The position numbers and the translations under genes were made by a program. A stretch of DNA of 63,884 bases, counting the filler, from Hyphochytrium catenoides (Eukaryota > Protista > Hyphochytriomycota), in assembly GCA_900088475.1 (NCBI GenBank). It is 9 parts of 9 records of this genome, joined end to end, with 100 filler letters (N's around TTAATTAATTAA, not from the genome) between each part and the next. Parts side by side here need not be neighbours in the genome. Positions count along the whole stretch, not along the records: positions 1 to 14,949 come from FLMG01003269.1; positions 15,050 to 33,352 come from FLMG01002609.1; 7 more parts are not named here. One strand, written 5' to 3'. This document shows, piece after piece, positions 12,389-24,331 of the stretch; the stretch's first letter is position 1; each line of letters begins with the position of its first letter. The notes beneath the pieces were generated by a model. That model searched no databases and was not told the DNA's origin. It saw only the letters and a program-made list of their open reading frames with translations.

Positions 12389-14522
12389 TTCAGTTATGCG
12401 GATTTGGGAAAAGAGAAGAAGGTATATCTCCTCTTTTACATTGAGCAGGTAGCAATACTTTTTCTGCATTGATACAACGTTAGCCGTCCTGTCGCTCTGC
12501 TTTCTATTCTACTTGCTTCCTGTCTCCTCTACGACAGTCCAGAGTGCGAATGCTCCTGACCTAGAACTTCAAGCACGACAAGATTATTGTCAACAGCCAC
12601 GAGCGACTCACCTATCCCACTAAAGCTTCGTTGTCAATCGTGACAAGTATATCTCCAAACTTGATGGAGTCTGCCTCGAAGTGCTTCAACTAGCAGAAGT
12701 CCCCGACTGTAGGGTCACGAGCAGCAGCGGTATCAACAAGGAGGTGGAAAACACTACTACTACTACTATTATACTGCCTTATTGTTGTCGTCACAGCCTC
12801 CATCATTGTTGGCTGCAGATCTTCTCCTCCATTCCCTTAGACTTTTTGCCAAATGCCACGATAGCGATTGAATAACTGGTAGAAGCATACGACGACAGAC
12901 GACGAGGAGAATAGATCTGACGACTTACTGGGAAGGCCTGCAGGTAGTCTGCACCATCCATGGAGGTATGCTGATGAGCGGCCACATCCATTATGAAAAA
13001 GCACAGTCCACGACGGTGAGGCCCCATTGACTATTATTCTGTCTTTTCGTTGTCCATGATGGAAACAAACCAGATAGAGCTAGCGGAATGATGCTAAGGA
13101 AATAATATGGGCTGCTGATGGATGGTAACAGTATATGAAGCGTAGTACAGAAGGCCGGCAGCTATTATTCAATGCTAGTAGACCAAAGTCACATTGGCTG
13201 CTGCTGCTGATTGCTGCTGCGATGACGCTGAGAGCTAGTAGGAGATGCGGCTGTCAATAATCTAAGAGATTCCTTCTTGATTGCGGTCCATCTTCGTGTT
13301 AGTTCCCTCAGTCCATCGGATCATCAGGAGGATGACTGACGTAACGGATCCTGGCTTCCTACTCGCCGATGAACTACTGAGGAAAATAGCAGAGCATGAC
13401 CGAAAATGAAAAGGGAGAGTTTGTTTGTTAAAATATACTACACTTCAAAAGGTTAACAACGAATACCCCAGTCAAGTAGAGGAAATTGACCTAATTTGAC
13501 GGGACATTGACAGATGGTCGAATCCGGCATTTTCGCAAAATATGGGACGCATGCACGCATGCATCATTCGATTCTATGGGATTAGAGATGGCCAACGGTG
13601 TGTCAAACACCTTCATATCCCTATTAGAACCAGAGATCTGACGTCTCAAAGTTGAGGACCCGGCGACGGTGGGCACGCCTTTTGTTAGACATTTACTATG
13701 TATGTGAAGACAACCTCTAATAAGGCAGCAGAGTTTATAGAGACTTCCAGAGTTTGGCTGTTGTTGCTAGAAGAGAGATCCACGGAGACGACCGACATAG
13801 AGTTCTTTCGGGTCCAGCGGACTGGTGGTGGTTTCCTCCTCCTGACGTTAGGAGGGGATATGTTTTTTAGACGCTTTGAGATTTGTGAAGAGTGAGTTAC
13901 TCCTGGCATTAGGAGGAGGAGGGGATATGTTGGGACGCTTTACTAGTAGGCACCACCCAGAGGACATCATGCTATTAGTATTCTTATCAATGTTGGCTCA
14001 TCGTAGCAGCAGCATGATGAGCAACTGACCGTATGGCTGCTGCTTTCCCACTGCCAACCTTGTTCCTTACTACTTGGTCGGAGATCCCTACTGCTGCGTC
14101 GGCAAAAAAACCTACTAGTACTGAAGGCTCTTAAAGCAGTTCCTGGCTTGTTCGTTGTTGATCTCATCTGACTGTGAAGGAAGCAAGAATTCAACAAACT
14201 GTGTGAGTTCTGGCAGCATAGGGGTCCTTGGTCGTCGAGGAGGCTGACGTGCACCCAGAAAAAAACAAGAAGGGAGCGGCCATCGTGTTTGCAGCCACAA
14301 CAACGGCTTCATCACCACCACCGACCGCTGCTAGTTAGACAAAGAGAAGACAGCGATCTGTTATCTGCAGAAGTCACGTCAGTCCGTCAAGAGCATCAAT
14401 AAACCTAAGAGATCTTTAGTGAGCTGAGATGTCGAGATCTCTTCTTTGTTGTTGGAAGACGGGAAGCTGCTGCTGCGCAAAGCTGCTTCTTCGCGGCTCC
14501 TATCCATCATTTGGGAGTGCAA

Positions 14523-14805
14523 GAAATTACATGGGTACAGACTTGGTTGCAAGGGTTGGTTTGCTGTTTTAGGGCTAACGCGGATAAGGCGTCTCGCAAA
14601 GGTTCGCCTGCTTTCAAGGAAATGATGTCAAATTGTGAACGAAATTACATGGGTTCAAGCTTGGGTTTGCAAGGCTTTGTTTACTGACTTATGGCTAACA
14701 CAGATAAGGCGTCTCGCAAAAAGGTTCACCTGGTAATCAAGGAATTGGTGTCAAACAGTGCATACAATTACCGCATGCAAAGTGGGTTTGCAAGGCTTTG
14801 TTTTC
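14523..14805. repeat. Degenerate tandem repeat, ~120-bp unit, ~2.4 copies
   Basis: Recurring blocks gaaattacatggg, ggtttgcaaggctttgttt, ggctaac-c-gataaggcgtctcgcaaa and tcaaggaa-tg-tgtcaaa at ~120-bp spacing, close to a contig end. Confidence 0.8.
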
Positions 14806-14949
14806 GGATTCAAAGCGTTTGCAGAGAAGGGGAGGTAGGAACATTGGGTGAGTGAGCAAATTGATAAGTAGCAGGCCCGCTGTCGCGGTGCCGGGGGGCC
14901 CTTGGCCTTTTGGTTGAGGGTGCTTTTTACTTTCCTTTCGGACCATTTT

Positions 14950-15049
14950 NNNNNNNNNNNNNNNNNNNNNNNNNNNNNNNNNNNNNNNNNNNNTTAATTA
15001 ATTAANNNNNNNNNNNNNNNNNNNNNNNNNNNNNNNNNNNNNNNNNNNN
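14950..15049. other. Artificial 100-nt contig spacer N44-TTAATTAATTAA-N44 (also at 33353-33452, 38487-38586, 50579-50678, 55435-55534, 57274-57373, 58655-58754, 60188-60287)
   Basis: The same 12-mer, which gives stops in all six frames, sits in the middle of eight equal-length N runs. This is an assembly linker, not biology. Confidence 0.97.
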
Positions 15050-15590
15050 CAAAGGGTATCGCTAGATAGCATAAATAAAAGACCATGGGGTCACATGTTC
15101 TCCAACTGGCCCACATATAATCTCTCACAAGGGACGCGTGTCAACACCTTTCTGTTTCCTTGCTTTGGACCTTGAGGGAGCGAATAGCTGGGGACGTCAA
15201 ACCAATTTAGTCCTGAGCCTCAAAGATATGCAAATAGCTGGGCGGATCTGCGATGCATGGCCGCTTGCGAGATCCGTCAAACCATATAAGTCCTGGGCCT
15301 CAAAGATATATCCATTGTTTGTATAAGATGCGCATGGCTCAGTCTCCTATCTTCTTCCTTGACTTGCCGGATCTGGAGAGGCCCAAGCCTCTAAAGCCCT
15401 CTCTAATCTTCCTCCAAATAGAACCGCGACGGTCCATATCAGAGCCTGCTAAATCTAGGTTAGATGTCGACCAGAACAGAGTTGAGCCCACTTTGTAAGA
15501 TTTGATACTAAGGACTAAGGGTTAGTTTTGCTGCCCCTCATCTTTCTATAGCTTGCAGGTAGCTCTCCCACCGACCAGGCTCTGCCTAGG

Positions 15591-18500
15591 TCAATTAAAT
15601 TTACCTGCAGTGCCGTTGGGCGTATGAATGCCAGAGTGCACAGAGATGACTGGTGATGAGGTCCAGCTTTTTGGGGAAGAGCTTTGCTCCACCAGCAACC
15701 GCTCGTTGTATAGTTCACGTTTCTAGGGATATTTGATCCTGTCAGCTACTCGTTCACTCAATGAAAGGGCACAAAGCCACACAAACGAGCGTTATCGGTA
15801 ATTATAGAGAGCAACAATGGCCATCACAGTATCTAACGGTGCCTCACCTCAGCAAATTTTTCAAACACAATCTCGGTAGGAAGGGCTAGACTAGCTGCAA
15901 GTCCTATCTGTAGACTTCTTTGAATCGGCTGAATCTGGACCTTTCTTCTACCGAGTGACCCAAACCGGGAGACTAAGGAGCCTCCGTACTCCGACTGTTG
16001 ACAGAAGCGGTAAGTACCCAGATACCCACTGTTTCTACACTGGAGAGACTTTGAGGGAGAGAAGAAGATTGAAGCTCAGCGTCGAAGAGGCGCGTCAAGG
16101 CGCATGGCTACCTGAGTCTGAAAGGTGAAGTTCAGCGCATTATTGAAATGATGGTTGAAGACGACATCTGCAATCGCGTCTAGCTCTTCTTCGGCATTTT
16201 CTCCCAAGCCAGCTGTCTCCGTGAAGTGAAACCACTGAGGTAGCATATTCGAGGTAATCAAAAAGCAGCAGAAGCCGACGTTAGACTTCCACAAAAACTC
16301 GAATGACAAGAAGGACAGGAACGACAGAAAATCAGCCGTGATACTCTGTCTAAAGCTCGGAGCAGGACGCGTTACCTCTCCGATGTGGTCTTGAAAGGGA
16401 TATCGCTTGAGGAAGGGGTGCTTCAATAGCTCAGCTGCCGCTGGCCGCTTAGATGGGTCCCGTTGCAAGCACTGCCCAAAATTCAAGCAGCGAAACGTAT
16501 TTCAACCCGAACTCGATCAAATCCTACCAAGTTATTGCGCACGAACCTTCTCGATGATTGAACAGAACTCGGGAGAAAACTTGTCTGTAGGTAGGCGCAG
16601 CATTTCGTCGTCTGCAACAGAGTCCACCAGGCCGAAAAAGCCATCCTGGACTGACAGAGGGTACTTGCCCAACGCAACGCTCATCAAACTCAGTCCAAAT
16701 GACCACACGTCCGCTAGGGAGACAAGGTGTGAGAGGTAAGGGGGATCAAGGCTCCATCTATTATGAGTTGACCTTAAACAATACCTGAGTATGAGTAGTT
16801 TCCTCCTCCTATCCTCTCAGGTGCCATGTAGAGGAGTGTCCCCACAAACGTCTTGGGCTTTGCTACGTCATCCTGCAGCGTTCTTGCCAGTCCAAAGTCT
16901 GAGATCTTGATGTCTCCCTGCCTGTTCATCAATATGTTGTGAGGCTTGATGTCTCGATGGATCATTTTTTGGCCGTGAATATGCGCCAGTGCCTGTGGGA
17001 AATGCGGTCAATATGATGAAGACGTAAGAGAGAATCTGCTTCAGCCGTCGCCCAGAAAGAGCTAAAGCAATAAATTTAAGGCACACAACTTCGAATAATA
17101 AATCTAATATATAAGCCAAGTGAAGCAAACCCGCAGTAAGTAGGGCGGCGAGAGGGCAGGAACTCAAACTCTTGGAAGACTAGTCCTCAATGGCTCTACC
17201 TGCAGAATGCAGTCCGCCATCCTGGCTAAAATTGGCTCACTTTGACACCCGCCTCTAAGTACAAGGTCCTGCACGGACGCAGTGGTTAGCGCAGCCGGAA
17301 TCGACGTCATCTCTTGGTGATAAAAACCTGAAGCGACCCCATGTCCATGTACTCCATCACTAAGCTTACGCAGCCCTTCACTTTGTCTACATACGCGTCA
17401 TAAAATGACACGATGTAGGGGCAGGGCCTAGGGTACAAATCAGCGCATGATCAGACCAGTTTTATGACTAATGCCGGGGTAAATAGGGTAAAGAACTCTC
17501 TATAAGGGAGGCTACACAACGTGACACGACTCAACGAGCAGGACATTCTACTTACTCTGTCACACCCTCGCCCACCGGTGTGCCTCCTGCTGTATCAGTC
17601 CGCTTCCTCTCGTCAGTCCCTCTAATCTTCCCGTCTATGGGCACCAAGTTAGCGTAAAGAGCGTGGAGCTCCCGGACCATTTGTCGCCTATTTCCTTTGC
17701 CATAAGTAGGAATATCCTTGATAGCGACAACCTTCAGGGTCGGCACATGGACACCTTTATGCACCACGCCACTGGCTCCTGAGAGCATCAGGTTTGACGG
17801 TAGTGGAATGAGTATCCGGGGACAGAGAGAAACACAGCTGCAGAAGGGCAGACCCACATATATAGAGGATAGTTAGAATGAAAAGAACTAAGTCCTGATA
17901 GTGGAGCGCTAGAAGACCAGCACCGGTCTGAACAGAGAGGTATGGCCAAGAAAGCTGCTTCTTACCTCTTCCTATCTCCCTGATTCTAGCTAGGTCATGC
18001 TGTAGATGTAAGACAGAGGCATCGGGAGACGAAATCCCTGCTTCTGACACCTCAAAGTTCTTAATTTTGAGCTGTCCCGCGGTGGGTGACCATTCTCCAC
18101 TCATGCTCTTCCTGGCGCCTATAAAGAGACATTTCTCTAAGAAAAGGACGAAGTTGTACTAAAGATGCAGTACGTCGGACGTGGTTGTCCCTCTTCAGGC
18201 TTACAGCGAGGACTAGGTTCAGAATCCGAGCCGGATATGTCAGAGCTGCCTGAGCTCAGAATTAATCGCAAGTCTGCCACGTTGACACTATGTTCCTTGC
18301 TCGGTGAAGATTCATCGGGCACAGGAGACAATGGTTTTGGTACAGCTGTTGGAGAGATCGAAGCGCTTCCGTCTGGTGACATGATAGCTAAGACCTCCCT
18401 GTCCTGCGGGGTCTGTCCAGCGCTAATCGTGGAAGTAGTGCTAGTTCTTCGGCTTCCTGGTGCCCCGATAGCGGGGCTTCCACTAGATATAGAAAGCTGT

Positions 18501-19772
18501 AGCTGCTTCCTTTCTGACTGACGTCTACGGCGCATACTCTTATTGGCTGCATGCTGCGCTAGATCTTCCGCCTGAAACGAAAAATAGGTAAGTCTGGTCA
18601 CTTGCCGTAGTAATGGCGCTACAAAGGAAAGAGTGATCTGTATAGTACCCGTAACCTACCTCCTGCGTAGTGGGCATATCCTCAAGCTTAAGGAGGAGAC
18701 GAGGGCGAGATATCTTGCGATCTAAGGTTTGAACAGAAATGAACCAATGTTCAGTGCTTATGGGGCGGCTCGAGTTGATGCAGGAGGAGTTCATGAGACG
18801 CTAGGTCACGTTACCTGTTAGAGGACTCTCGCTCTGCGTAGGTGAGATGGTACTGGCGCTAGCTGGGGACATAACCTTATTGGATGGCTGTGTTTGCCCA
18901 TTCTTGCTCTCACCCGCCTTTCTTTTATCGAAAGCTCCTTTCCACATCGCCGCTTCCCAAGGTTTTCTCCATGACCTCACCTCTTGAATCCTCAGTGTAC
19001 GGGGACTATTGAAACCGATCGTTTACAGTCAGCTTAGAATCAAGCGGGGGTGTAAAATATGGGAAAAGAGCAAGAAGATAGGAGCGGTTATCACGCTAAA
19101 AGCCTAGCTTCGGCATCCTTCCAATCTGAACACTAGGAGGAAAGACGAGAGCGGTTGCTTGGAGACACAAGGAGAGTAGCCGTGAACTTCTTATGGCCTC
19201 ATGACACAAACCTTGGTGTGTTCTCGAAAAAGGGATGGATTCTTTCTATGCGAATGTATGGCTCCTGGACCTGGAGGAAGATTAAAGGGACCGAAAGCAG
19301 GATCGAGGGAGATGATAAGCTACGCTCAGCGACGCAAACTTGGAAGAACTCTTCTCACCGCTGTTGTGAGTTCGGGGGCACTCAAGGTTCGCTTCAAGGA
19401 AGCTCCAGCTTGATCAATGACGGTAAAGGGCATGCGTAGGTCGGACTGAAGAACCGCTTGATAATTCTCATGCAGTGGGCGGGAGTGGCGGGTAATGACA
19501 GCACCGGAAGTGCTCTCCCTCCTTGAACGTAATGGGAGCATCTTTGGCATTGGAGCACACTTGTTTCCGAGATCTATTCCCTGATGCTCCCGGCATGGAC
19601 ATGGTCCAGGCGAAGCCACAGCCCCCTTATCTGGTGTGATTTCCGCGGCATCTGGCTTTCTGGAGGAGAAACCTGACTGCTCCGCTGCATGCGGCGAGTA
19701 CTCCATCGTTGAAGCTCTTCTCCTCCTCGCCATTGGGGGTACGGAGTGCACCGAATGGGGAGAGTCAACCAT
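15591..19772 (-). CDS. MAP kinase kinase (STE7/MEK family) with long disordered N-terminus, multi-exon
   Basis: Kinase subdomains across exons: EIGRG/ASGVVHKG...VAIKDI, IHRDIKPHNIL...KISDFGL...TFVGTLLYMAPERI, DVWSFGLSLMSVALGKYP, CLQRDPSKRPAAAELLKHPFL. TFVGT..YMxPERI is the MAP2K signature. Upstream exons (19772-19359, 19270-19212 and onward) splice in phase and contain docking-like motifs RKISRPRLLLKL and RKQLQLSI. The exact 3' end is less certain. Confidence 0.9.
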
Positions 19773-20898
19773 CGCGCAGTACGTGGACCAACCAAAGTAG
19801 CCACCTATTGCTCAGAAACTCAGATTCATTGGCAAGGTTGTCCGTCAGGGTCGTCTTCCTCTAAGGACTAGATGACGAGCTCAGCTGGCTCCAATCGCGG
19901 CCATCTACTGAGAAATAATCCGCTAACTCGGGCCAGCATCTACTGCACCGGCGCCTCACTCATGTGAAGGATTCAGAACGGACCCTCTTCAACTTCAACA
20001 GCAACACCCCCAAGTCTCCCCCGGGGCGGAAAGCCCTGGACATGACGATGAAGCGAAAGCCGTTTGTGACTGGCAAGCCACGACACTAAAGACTCATGAA
20101 GAGGGTTTTAAATCTTCATTAAATCTCCATCTGAAGGCGTCTTCGTCTCTTTCCTGTCGCATCTGCAATCTAGAACTTAGTTATAACCGCTTTTTTTAGC
20201 GCAGATTTTCTTTTCTGTATTTCTCCATTTCCGCTGCGACCAATCTGATTTGATGATGAGCTGTTTCCATTTCTTCCCAAGTTTTTAGGGCTTTTTCCCT
20301 ATTTATATGCTGGCGACTCACAAGGGCGTGCGGAAATAGGAAACAGCCCAAGCTCCACCTCCTCTTCCCTCATCCCAAACAGTCAAATAACGGATCTGAA
20401 ACAGTGATATGTGGGCTGACAGCCCTTTAACCCTCCCCACAGAAGGGAACCTCCCCCGTTTTATGTGTCTTTGTATACGCTTCCAATTTGTATTTTCCCG
20501 GGGAGTACTGGAGTTAAGTTGATACGCTAACGTTAACTTAAACGGGTCGTTTTGTGCTATTGAAAAATCAGATTACCAGATCAGATTTCCTACTTTGAAG
20601 ATTCGCATTGGATTTTCTTTGGTGCTTTGCTTGCTTCCAGGTGGGCGCCCTGTTCCTACCTCGCACCTCCTGGGCCTACAGGGCTCTCTGGGTGCGCGGC
20701 GAGCGCAAAGAGTAAGGATGACGTAAGGAGTTCTGGATAGCCAAAGGGAGGTTCGCAGCGTCGCTCTATCTTATGGCAGAATAGTGGTCTGGAAAGTTAA
20801 GTACGAAGAAGCCAAGAGCGAAAGCAAGCACTAGCTCCCTCGCAGTTAGGGTCCTATTCGTGCATTGTACCAGCAAGCTCAGGCCACTGGCAACACAG

Positions 20899-23140
20899 AT
20901 GAGGTCATCAAAGCGCCTGAGTGTCAGGACTTTCCTGGCAGTCGTTATCGCCTTTCCTGCGGCATTGGTCAAAGAATTCCTGCGCAAGGCGGTAACAGGG
21001 GGCCGTCAGGACCTTCGCTTCTTTGAAGAAGTCTTGGTCAACTCGCTAGGGTACGTGCACCAGATCGTGGTTGCAGACTGCTCACATTCTAACGTATCTC
21101 AAATCTCACAGATACCTGAACCGCTCGAGGTTCCACCTCTACTGCCTTTATGGAACCCATTACCTATTGATGGTTGCGGTGAACGTGGTGGCTCTCTTTT
21201 ATGTGTAAGTCCTCTTTGCGCTATAGATTGCACTTCTTGTGACTGGTATCCCCTGGTTTTTCTCATGAAACAGACGTCAGCTGCGTATCAGAAAGATAAG
21301 AGGCCCAAACTTCACGGGTGAGTGAGAGCTTGCACGGTCATTGAGCTAATGCGACTGCCTTCAATTCTAGGCACTGCTAGAGCTTGATAGGAAGGCGGAT
21401 GGGTCTGTCTCTTCTGATTCTTCTTCTGCTGATGTGCCTCTAACAGCTCCGTGCATGTGCATGTCCCGCAGGCCACTGGCTAGGACCAACCAAACCCAAG
21501 AATGTTCTTCTTTACTTCCACGGAGGATGGTCCGTTTCTCTATCGGCGACGTCTCATACTCTGCCAGCAGTGCTTTCGTTATCCTATTCATCCCTTGCCA
21601 TTTTTGCTAGAGGTCTTTTTCTCTCTCGAACGGACCGTCTTAGATCCTTTGCTAACCCCAGCTTGTCGTCCTGGTCTCCAGCTACCTCTTTGGTCACTCT
21701 CTCCAGTATTTACCAGCGATGAATCAGATGATCCAGATCTCAAAGAAGGAAGGCGCCTCTTATGGAATTCTTAGCGTAGATTACCCTCTGGCACCGGAAT
21801 ATCCTTACCCTGCACAGCTTAACGCTGCACGAGCGGTAAGGAGACTTAACTCTAATATTTACGAAGAAAGAGTTTGGATTCTCGCAGTTCTCTCTATGCT
21901 TCTGTCTCGTTGCATTCTCACTCCCTTCCCTTCAATGACTCTTGGAACTCTCCTACTTGTTTCTATTCCTCTCCTTCTGTCTCTGTCTTTGGAGCTCCCG
22001 ACTATGTATTGTTTGCTATGTCTCGGTTTATCCTCACAGAGCGTGATTCCTGTTCGCTGTGTATCCTCGTTGTTGCGGGCATTGCCGCCTTTAGGCCCTA
22101 GAATGGCTTCACAAAGAAGGCTTCTCGATGTCTCAACTTCACCTTGGCGGGGATTCCGCAGGAGCGAATCTTGCCATTGCTCTGACTCTGAGTTTAATGA
22201 AAGAAAAGGCTCCACTTCCACGTTCAGTAGTTGCGATCAGTCCGTGGGTCAATATTCATTCACTGGCAAAGTCAGTGGAGAAGAACAGAGGATGTGACTT
22301 CATCACAAAGTAGGCGATTATCCTTCTTGTTTAGCTGATCGTCCCGGTATAGCTAGCTGTTGGTCAGCTTTACACTTCTTCCTTGTGTCTGCCATCTGTC
22401 GGTACGATCCTTATCGGCCTTTCTCCTAGATCTCAAGCTCACGATGCCTTTCCTGGATGTGCTGTTCTTCCGTTATTATGTCAGTCATTTCATTACCCGT
22501 TGATACGGTTCGCCAATCTCAAGCACTCCCCCGATTGTGCCTTAGCTATGTAACCTGGCTCTAATCCTCGTGGTGTACTGTTCACCGGGTTCAGAGAGAT
22601 TTTGCAGGTTGGGAAAGAGTTCTTCTGCGCCGGCCACTCGGCAGAAGATCCCCTCATCTCGCCACTTTATGCGGATCTTAGCGGTTTTCCAGAACTGCTG
22701 GTAGACATCCTTGGTTTCTGTCCGCTCTTGTGGGAGTACCTCCCAGCAATGGATTCAGCTCTACGGTTCCTCCGCTACTGCATGAAGCCCCTTGTTCCCT
22801 GCTTCCGCTCCCTCACATGTCCTTCTCACATTGACTGTCCTTTCTTGCTGACTCTTCTTATGATACTCTCATTCATTTTTTTAAAGTACTCTTTCCTATA
22901 TGTGGGATGTATCAGGTGAGTTACGGCGGAAAGGAAGCATTCGTGGACGACATCAAGGACTTTCTTCGGAGGTGCCGGCAAGCTAAGGTTAGGGTTGAAG
23001 AGGTCAATCACCCCTCGATGTACCACATCTACCCCGTTCTGGTGCCGTGCTTCCGCTCCAAGATGGCTCAAGAGGGCCTGGAGTCCATCATCAGCTTCAT
23101 GATCTCACGGGCAGCCAAAGACCAGAACCAGATTAGGTAG
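20899..23140 (+). CDS. Alpha/beta hydrolase of the hormone-sensitive-lipase-like (GDXG) family, multi-exon
   Basis: Exon-encoded motifs VLLYFHGG (~21505-21527), SVDYPLAPEYPYPAQL, LGGDSAGANLA (nucleophile Ser), AISPWV, DPLISPLYADLSGFP, GGKEAFVDD and MYHIY. Start codon is approximate. Confidence 0.88.
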
Positions 23141-24331
23141 TTCGTCTCCAGATCGCGTAGGCGCGTGCACTTGGGGCACCTTATAGTACTGCTGCCGCTG
23201 CTTACATGGACTGAACGGCGCAGCTCTTTTCCAAGTCAGAAGCCTCTGATTCCCATTCAATGCCCAGGCAGCACCTCGCCTGTCCGCCACTCTCAGTCTT
23301 TATACCGGCTTCGCTCAAGCCTGTTGGCCTCCAGCATCAGACGCTAGAAAGGATTGTGAGAAGATAGGTAGTCTCTTCACTTGAAAAGCGAGCTCTTCGT
23401 ACAGCATCATCACATAGGTCCTCCTGCTTGAGCTGCTTGTAAACAGCGACTTCAGAAGAGGGCACGTTTAGCCTAAGTTTTAGCGTAACTCGACGCTGAG
23501 AGATTACTTTTGAGGAGCCTCAGCGTCTTCAATTGCTAAGTATTGAACATAGTCTTATTCACACATCTGTCGCTATTACAATGAACAAATATAAGGGCTT
23601 CGATATTCAATCTTCATTGTTGCCCCTCTCTCCCCCTTCTTCTCGGGCCGGCATTGTCTCCCGCATTAGACGAGGACACGACATAGAGGCGAACAGAGCT
23701 CCCCCGACCCTCCTACGCAAGCCCTGAGAGGCTTCCCCTGTTGAAGCATCACAACTTTGCTGAAGGCTTACTTGCGCACATGAGGTCTGGCCGCATCACG
23801 CTGGCAGGCCGATTGGCCTTGCCTTGACAGAAAGCAGACACAGAGAAAGAGTGATGTTGGAACATCAGCCCTTCTCTCTTTCTGGTAGTGTCTGGAAGCT
23901 ATTGTCACGTTTGCGCCATTGCTAGCGTGTGGATGACTCGCCTGCGCCCTTAGCAGCGCCACAATGTCATCCGGTAAGAACATGCTCCTTCTGCTCTACG
24001 GTACGCCAAGAGCTAGCCTCAGACATAAGCTCTTGTCCACTCAGTTGTCTGTCTGTGAGAGAGAGCAAGAAAGAGAGAGAGGCATCGAAGAACAGCCGTC
24101 TTGTTTTGAAGGAGCGTCTTTCTCTGTCCGTTGCAATCTACGAGATAGCTGAGGAGAGGATATGGGTACAGAGAGACAACACATAAACATGCAATGGCCC
24201 AAGAGGCCAACTCTGTTCGGTTTTTGCGTCAAGAGCTGAGGCTATCCAACGACAAATGCCACGAACGAGTGCTCTCTTTAGAGAGAGAGAGCGAGAAAAG
24301 GAGAGAGAGGAAGAGAGCCAGGACCACTCTT

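Noticed and set aside
14994-15005. Recurrent TTAATTAATTAA as a biological repeat or piggyBac TTAA target site
   Set aside because: It is always centred in exactly 100-nt N spacers, so it is an assembly linker.
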